Positions 53,870 to 64,000 of a DNA stretch of 64,000 bases are shown piece by piece (positions within the stretch are counted from its first letter, which is position 1; every line of letters begins with the position of its first letter). The notes under the pieces are model-generated. The model did no database searches, was not told where the DNA came from, and was given only the letters and a program-made list of their open reading frames with translations. This stretch comes from the human T2T-CHM13v2.0 reference genome, Homo sapiens, in the NCBI RefSeq assembly GCF_009914755.1, contig NC_060943.1; one strand, written 5' to 3'. The position numbers were made by a program, and so were the translations under genes.

Positions 53870-54140
53870 TTCTTTCTTCTTCTTCCTTTCACTCTTCTTC
53901 TCCCTCTCCTCCTCCTCCATCTTCTCCTCCTTCTCCTCCATGTCTCCTCTTACTCCTCTCCTACTCCCTCTTGTCCTCCTTCTTCTACTCCTCCCTCTTC
54001 TCCTCCTCCCTCTCCACCTCCTTCTCCTCCTCCCTCTCCTTCTCCTCCTCCTTCTCCTCCTCCCTCTCCTTCTCCTTTTCCCTCTTCACCTCCTCCTTCT
54101 CCTCCTCCCTCTCCTTCTCCCTCTCCTCCTCCTCCCCCCG
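53870..54140. repeat. (CCT/CTT)n pyrimidine tract
   Basis: Direct inspection. Confidence 0.9.
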
Positions 54141-54234
54141 CCTCCGTGTCTTCCTTGTGCTGGAATTCTCTTACCCCTTGTCTTCCTGCAGTCTCCTCCT
54201 CCCTTCACTCATTGTCCGTGGAATTGCCCCTGTG

Positions 54235-55015
<781 letters not shown>

Positions 55016-55290
55016 TTAAGCCCCTTCCCCAAATTATCTTTGTATCCAACCATCCCAATTTATCCTCAAAGTATTTGTCCCAATCTGAGCTGCTTCTGAT
55101 GGATTTAATTTTTTACTCCCCTGGCACTGGAATGTAGCCTGCAAGAAACCAAAAGACCTTATTGCTGGGCACATTCCAGGACCTAGAATAATCCCAGGCA
55201 TATAACATGAAATTGTGATGTCCAATATAGTAGCCACTAGCCATAAGGAGCTAGTTACATTTAACTTAAGTAATTAATAACATTCCTTAC

Positions 55291-56295
55291 CGATATGGTT
55301 TGGCTATGTCCCCAACCAAATCTCATCTTGAATGATAGCTCCCACAATTCTCATTCCATCTACACATTCACCCATCTTCCCCTTCATTTCTTCAGTCACC
55401 CATTCAAAAAAGATTTTCTAAATACCTGGTCTATGCCTGGCATTGTTCCAGGTAATGGAAATAGAGCAAGGACAAGGTATTTGGCCTCAACAAGCTTATA
55501 TTTTGAAACATGCAATTCAATAGAATCTTCTGCGAGGATGGAAATATGGTTTGGCCATGTCCCCACCCAAATCTCATCTTGAATTGTAGCTCCCATAATT
55601 CCCATGTTACCTATTGATGTGGTTTGGCTGTGTCCCCACCCAAATCTCATCTTGAATCATAGCTCCCGTAATTCCCACATGTTGTGGGAGAAACCTGGTG
55701 GAAGATAATGGAATTATGGGGGAAGTTTCCTTCATACTGTTCTCATGGTAGTGAATAAGTCTCACAAGAGCTGATGGTTTTATAGGGGGAAACCCCTTTC
55801 TCTTGGCTCTTATTCTATCTTGCCTGCTGCTGTGTAAGACGTGCCTTTCACCTTCCGCCATGATTGTGAGGCCTCCCCAGCCACGTGGAACTGTGAGGCC
55901 ATTATACCTTTTTTTCTTTTTCTTTTTCTTTTTTTTTTTTTTTGAGATGGAGTTTTGCTCTTTCACTCAGGCTGGAGTGAAGTGGCATGATCTCGGCTCA
56001 CTGCAACCTCCACCCCCTCAAGTTCAAGTGATTCTCCTGCCTCAGCCTCCTGAGTAGCTGGGATTACAGGCATGCACCACCACACCCGACTAATTTTTTT
56101 ATTTTTAGTAGAGATAGGGTTTCACCATGTTGATCAGGTTGGTCTTGACCTCCTAACCTGAGATGATCCACCCACCTCGGCCTCTGAAAGTGCTAGGATT
56201 ACAAGCATGAGCCACCATGCCTGGCCTCTTTTTCTTTATAAATTATCCAGTCTCGGGTATGTCTTTATCAGCATCATGAAAACAGACTAATGCAC
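55291..56295 (+). mobile_element. THE1-type MaLR LTR with triplicated 5' end and an internal AluS (about 55909-56225)
   Basis: gatatggtttggct.tgtccccacccaaatctcatcttgaat occurs at about 55291, 55544 and 55615; LTR end ...aaaacagactaatgca. Confidence 0.88.
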
Positions 56296-56624
56296 TTATG
56301 TATTCATTAATAAAACTGTTCTCACTTGATAAAAATAAAATAAAATTTAGTTTCTCAGCCTTGCTCACACATTTAATACTCAGTAGTCACATGTGGCTAC
56401 CATAATAAACAGCGCGGGTCTGGAATATTTCTATCCTCGCAGAAGATTCTATTGAATTGCATGGTTCTAAAATATGAGACTGTTGAGGCCAAATACCTTG
56501 TCCTTGCTCTATTTCCATTACCTGAAACAATGTCAGGCATAGACCAGGTACTTAGAAAATCTTTTTTGAATGGGTGACTGAAGAAATGAAGGGGCGGATG
56601 GGTGCATGTGTGGATGGAATGGGA
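55350..56624. repeat. Inverted repeat, arms about 55350-55547 and 56425-56624
   Basis: Reverse-complement match, e.g. ggtaatggaaatagagcaaggacaaggtatttggcctcaaca vs tgttgaggccaaataccttgtccttgctctatttccattacc. Confidence 0.93.
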
Positions 56625-56855
56625 TGGAGCTGAGGAAAGAGGTTGAGATTAGGAAATAACATTATTCTGCTTCCACTTTTTCTTTTTTAGAGACAGGGAC
56701 TCACTCTGTCACCCAGGCTGAGTGCAGGGTGCCATCTTGGTTCACTGTAACCTTGACTTCTGAGTTCAAGCTTTCCTCCTGCCTCAGTCTCTTGAGTAGC
56801 TGGGATCACAGGCACACACTGCCATGCCTGGCTATTTTTTTTTTCTTTCTTTCTT

Positions 56856-56908
<53 letters not shown>

Positions 56909-57467
56909 TAGAGACAGGGTCTCATGTTGCCAGGCTGGTTGTGAACTCCCAGCCTCAAGTGACCCTCCCTCCTCGGCTTCCCCAAGGGCTCCACTTTTTC
57001 TTAATTTTCTTATTTTATAAAACAAAGCTATTGGCTGGGTGTGGTGGCTCACACCTGTAATCTCAGCACTTTGGGGGAGCTGAAAAGGGTGGATAGCTTG
57101 AGCCCAGGAGTTTGCAACCAGCCTGGGCAACATGGCAAAACCCTGTCTTTACAAAAAAAAAAATACAAAAATTAACCAGGCATGGTGGCATGCACCTATG
57201 GTCCCAGCTGAGGAGGGTGAGGCTGAGGTGGGTGGATGGCTTGAGCCCGGGAGGTAGACGTTGCAGTGAGGTGAGATCACTCCAGCCTGGACAACAGAGT
57301 GAGACCCTGTCTCAAAAATAAATACATAAATAGGCTGGGTGCAGTGGCTCACGTCTGTAATCTTAGCACTTTGGGAGGCTGAGGCAGGCAGATCACATGA
57401 GGTCAGTTCAAGACAGCCTGGCCAACATGGTGAAACCCCATCTCTACTTAAAAAAAAAAAAAAATTA

Positions 57468-57698
<231 letters not shown>

Positions 57699-57783
57699 CT
57701 ATTGAACCAGATGACTCATTTTAAACATCTAATTCATGGACTTCAAAGCAAGAAAAAGTTGGAGGAAGGCATGAAGTTAATTC

Positions 57784-57801
57784 TTTATTTTGACTTTTAT
57801 T
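57784..57801 (-). terminator. CABP5: Probable CABP5 polyadenylation signals (two AATAAA)
   Basis: TTTATT at 57784-57789 and 57796-57801, about 1.15 kb past the stop, at the end of largely unique sequence. Confidence 0.55.
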
Positions 57802-58183
57802 TTAACCTTTGCATTGCTGGAGTGTCTTGCTTTGGGCGGAGGTCAGGAGGAATCTCTCTTTTCTGTTTCATGGCACAGATCGATGTCAGGACGTGAGGGA
57901 CGGAACAGACGACCCATCTAACAGAGACACAGCCTCTGGGTGGTCCAGGACAGACCAGCGCGGAGGTAGGAGGCTTCTAGGAAAGACTTTGCAACAACCT
58001 GGCTGAACTGGGGATTTGGGGGATCCTGTCATCTCTCTCTTTGCATGATGACATTTTTTCAGGGGATTAATTCCCCAAGGATCAGCTAGCTCTAAACCTT
58101 GATAATCCAGATTTGTGGTTTAATTCAGTCCCCTGAGTATCTTACACAAAGGAAGGGATGTGGGAGGGGAGACAGAGACAGAC

Positions 58184-58190
<7 letters not shown>

Positions 58191-58231
<41 letters not shown>
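58191..58231. repeat. (GA)n microsatellite in the CABP5 3'UTR region
   Basis: About 20 GA units. Confidence 0.95.
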
Positions 58232-58237
<6 letters not shown>

Positions 58238-58951
58238 GACAGTGCTTCCAGGAAATCAGGAAAAGGAAGGAGTTGACTTTGAATGCCACTTGCACGAGCC
58301 ATTTCCAAGCCCAGCCTCAACAACAACTCTGTTTCCAGCTCTGTGACTGATTTGCATCCTTTTTATTTCATTTTGTATTTCTATAGATTTAGGGAGTACA
58401 AGTGCGGTTTTGTTACATGGATATATTGCGTAGTGGTGAAGTCTGGGCTGTTCATGTAACCATCACCTGAATAAAGTATAATTTGTCCCCTTACCGGGAG
58501 AGAGAAACGGGATTTGCAACAGTTGATGCAGGCAGGGGAAGAGTAGAGACTACGTTCTGAACCTTTTGATACCCAACAGGAGAAGAGACTATTTTCACCC
58601 AAGGGGAAGCTGGGGAAGAGACTCTGGCAGGTCACAGGGACTTAGGACTACGTGAAGTGAAAAGATGTCAAGAATCATTGGAATTTTTGGGGGTGGCAAC
58701 TGGACCCTCCCACGCTTCCTATTTCCATCCACAGACTCTTCCTTCTTAACCTAGTTCTGCAGACGCCCCCATCCTGGCAAAGATACCGCTCTGGGTCTCA
58801 CCCCATGCACAGCGCCGCATGCCAATGCCCTCCCTCCCGCCTGCCCTCCCTCTCTGCTTTAAGGGGATCTGGGGCTTTGGGGCTTTGGTTCTCCACAAGC
58901 GCTTGCTCCATGTTGACCAGGTGGAGAGGGTCTGGAGCTTCCAGGACCTCC

Positions 58952-58977
58952 TCAGCGAGACATCATCTTCACAAACT
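58952..58977 (-). CDS. CABP5: CABP5 last coding exon
   Basis: ttttttctttgcag|AG TTT GTG AAG ATG ATG TCT CGC TGA = (E)FVKMMSR*. Confidence 0.95.
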
Positions 58978-59209
58978 CTGCAAAGAAAAAAAAGAATCCC
59001 CAGTAAGGCATCTCGTTGTAAAAGCCCCCAACATTATTTTTTGAGCCCTTCCTATGTGGCAGGCACTGCTGGTGATCCCTGGGAAATTACTTAATCCCTC
59101 TATGCTTCCATTTCTCCATCTATGAAATGGGAATCAGATCTCTGTGGCAAGTTACTTAACCCTGTGCCTCAGTTTCTCATCTGTCAAGTTGGCATGTTTA
59201 ATAGAGCTA

Positions 59210-59356
<147 letters not shown>

Positions 59357-59573
59357 CTACAAAAAAATTAAAAAATTAAATAGGTAAATAAAATTTGCTC
59401 AGAACCGTGCCTGCCATCACAGTCACCCCATGTAAACTACTGTGGTTATTATTATGCTCCTACTTCTGAAAGACTAATTTCAGTATGTTGCAGTTTCTTC
59501 ATTTCTGTTATGAAAATAATCTTGCATGTAAATAAAACATTAAATTTAAAAAATGGGAATCCTAGTATTGCTA

Positions 59574-59931
<358 letters not shown>

Positions 59932-60989
59932 CTAAAAAACAAAACCCAAAAAACCTGTGATTGTCACTATCAGATTTCATCATCTCAACCATCCTGGAGG
60001 GATAAGTGTCACTTTACAGATAAGGAAACTTACGCCAGCGAGGGTCACCAACATGCCTGAGGCCACGTGGATAGTGAATGGTGAACCCTGGAAGGAACGC
60101 AGGTTGCACCTGACTTTGCTGTGGCTCAAGACGATCTTGCTGCCCACCCGGGTCTTGAGGTCATCCTGACCTTCCCTTGCCTTTGGTTGGCCTGAGGATC
60201 ATCTCCCACCCCCACCCCACCTTCTCCAGATGTCACTTGATGTCCACTGCACACCTAATCCTGGCTAGATCTAGCAGGTGTCCAACCAGCCTCTACTATG
60301 TTTCCATACTGGGACATACAGCATATATGGTTTAGAGAATGGCCCTTCCTCCTCTCTATCTAGGATGGAGGTCTTGGAAGCTAATACAACTCAACACAGC
60401 AAGGTCTGCTGTGATAACTTCCATGGAGAGGAACAGAAAAACTTCTGTAAGACTTCACAGCTGGGAGGAAGACATGAGGGAAGGATGGAGAGAAGCTTCC
60501 TGACAAAGGTTGCCTTGATGTGAGTTCCTGAGGGATGGATGAGACTGAAAGATGTGGTAAGTGGACGGAGCATCTGATGCCTAGGAACGGAGGTTGGAGA
60601 ACATAAAGCAGGCACCAAGTTTGTGCCAGAACTTAAAAGTTCAGAGAATAGCTACAGAAGATACAGGCTGGGTGGGTGGGCGAGGCCAGATGATGGATAG
60701 ACTTGGATATCAGACAAATAATTTTGGACTTTTTTTTTTTCTGGAGATGGAGTCTCGCTCTGTCACCCAGGCTGGAGTGCAGTGGGGCGATCTCACTGCA
60801 ACCTGCGCCTCCCAAGTTCAAGCAATTCTCCTGCCTCAGCCTCCCAAGTTGCTGGGACTACAGGCACATGCCACCACCCCTGGCTAACTTTTTGTATTTC
60901 AGTAGAGATGGGTTTCACGGTGTTGCCCAGTCTGGTCTTGAACTCCTGAGCTCAGGCAATCTGCCTGCCTTAGCTTCACAAAGTGCTAG

Positions 60990-61316
<327 letters not shown>

Positions 61317-61399
61317 TGAGCCCGGCGAGAATTTTGGATTTTTGTCCATAAGCAGCAGATAGGTGCTGAGATCTTTGAACTAAAGAATGTCACAATTAG

Positions 61400-61752
<353 letters not shown>

Positions 61753-62612
61753 TAGAACCCCAATCCTTTTCACTTATTCAATGATCCAATATACTCATGC
61801 TGGGCTCAGTGCTAGGATTTGGGGATATAGTGATGATGAAGGAATTGGTCCATGGTCTCAGAAGGAAATAGGCAATAAACTCTGGAGATGCCACGAAGCC
61901 GTATTACTGCAGAAGCAAGCATGAGGTATTACTGGGGAGACAGAAGAGGGACACGGAGCCCAGTAAGAGAGGTGGGAGGCACCTTCCAGGAACATAACTA
62001 GGAATTAGCCAGGGGAGAGGGGAAAGGGTATTCCAGACGGAAGGACAACTCGAGCAAAGACAGGGAAGGATAATTTAAAAATACAGTGGTGCTTTGTGCA
62101 TGATTTCTTTTAGTTTTCTCCAAAAGGTGTCATCATCCACCTCATTTTACAGATGGGAAAACTGACCCTTAAAGAGAAAAAGGGAGTAGCATAAGCCACA
62201 TGCTGAGTCAGCGATGATCCTGAATTTGAAGCTCCTGAACCTGACCCCAGAGCTCCAGCTGCTAGCCAGTCCAGTCTCTTTCTGATGGGACAAGTTCTTC
62301 CTAGGATCAAAGGTGCCCTGCAAACTAACAAGGAATGGGCAAGGCAGAAGGGCGTCCTGAGCATGGGAAGGAAAGGGCCTTGGCTGAGGTGTTCCTCGGA
62401 GCCACCAGAAGTGGGGGACACCCAGCTCTTTGAAATGAATAGCCTGGGAAGAAAGGGACAGAACAGATGCTTCCAAAACCTGCCACCCGCTTCCATTCTC
62501 AAACTTGGAGAGGAGTGAGAAGGAGTGGCCAACTTGGAAAATCTGACAGTGAGTTGGAAGTGGATTCCTGCGGTGGCTGCCCCCGCTCCCCACCACGCCC
62601 CGTCAATGTCAC

Positions 62613-62760
62613 CTTCAAAGTCAACTGTGCCGTCTCCATTAACATCAGCCTCCCGGACAACCTCAGAGATCTCCCGGGGGGTGAGCCGCTCCCCCAGGAG
62701 TCTCTGCATGGCCTGCTGTAGCTCCGCCAGGGTGATCTCCCCATCTCCATTCGTGTCAAA
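62613..62760 (-). CDS. CABP5: CABP5 penultimate coding exon (EF-hands 3 and 4)
   Basis: ttctattcag| and AAG|gtgaca; FDTNGDGEITLAELQQAMQRLLGERLTPREISEVVREADVNGDGTVDFE with two canonical DxNGDG loops. Confidence 0.96.
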
Positions 62761-62887
62761 CTGAATAGAAGCAGAAATAGATTATATCAGCAATGACAAT
62801 GATGATAGCCACGAGATGATGGAGTTTACCTATCGCTTACTGTGGGTCAAGCACTGAGATAAAAGCTTTGGGAATGTGAGCCACTAG

Positions 62888-63203
<316 letters not shown>

Positions 63204-63723
63204 TAAAGTGCTGGGATTACAGGCTTGAGCCACTGTGCCCGGCCGAAACTTTTTTTTAATGAGACGGGGTCTCACTATTTTGGCCAGGTTGGTCTTAAAA
63301 TCTTGGCCTTAAGCAACCCTTCCACCTTGTCCTTCCAAAGTGCTAGGCTTACAGTCCTGAGCCAAAGTGCCCAGCGATACATTTAAAACTTACTTTTTAA
63401 GTGATTTTTGAAACATATATTATTATTTACTATAGTTATCCTGCTGTGCAATAGATCTCAAAAGTTATTCCTCCTGTCTAACCAAAACTTTGTACCCTTT
63501 GACAAGCAACTGTCCATTCCTTCTCTGTGGCTCCCCAGCCTCTGCTAACCACCTTTCTTTTTATTTGCATGAGTTCAATTTTTTAAGATTCTGCATGTAA
63601 CATCATGTGGTATTTGTCCTTTTGTGCCTGGCTTATATAGCTTAGCATAATGTGCTTCATGTTTATTCATGTTGTTGTAAATGAGAGTTTCCTTCTTTTT
63701 AAAAGCTGAATATGCCGGACTCA

Positions 63724-63990
<267 letters not shown>

Positions 63991-64000
63991 TCAAAAAAAG

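Noticed and set aside
62110-62612. Long extension of the CABP5 EF-hand ORF
   Set aside because: Intron read-through; the donor at 62613 joins 58977 to complete EF4

Overview
Primate (almost certainly human) genomic DNA that I recognise as the 19q13.33 BSPH1-ELSPBP1-CABP5 locus. It is very Alu-dense (about 60 copies) and also carries L1, MaLR/ERVL LTR and Tigger/MER fragments. The complete 132-aa BSPH1 CDS (5 coding exons, minus strand) lies head-to-head with the complete 223-aa ELSPBP1 gene (plus strand, four FN2 exons), which converges on the last two coding exons of CABP5 (minus strand). Best unexplained signals: (1) an intact-looking second BSPH1 first exon with its own TATA box, strong Kozak, a BSP-family-like signal peptide, and a phase-compatible 15-nt micro-exon; (2) a candidate five-exon minus-strand gene or gene remnant nested downstream of the BSPH1 stop, behind a YY1/E2F/MYB/CRE motif cluster; (3) three separate ~200-bp inverted duplications with similar geometry; (4) an L1 insertion showing twin-priming inversion plus a probable 3' transduction; (5) a perfect 141-bp duplication in an old Alu between the divergent promoters. 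Gene identities, repeat family names and reference alleles come from recall, not database searches. Repeat boundaries are approximate.
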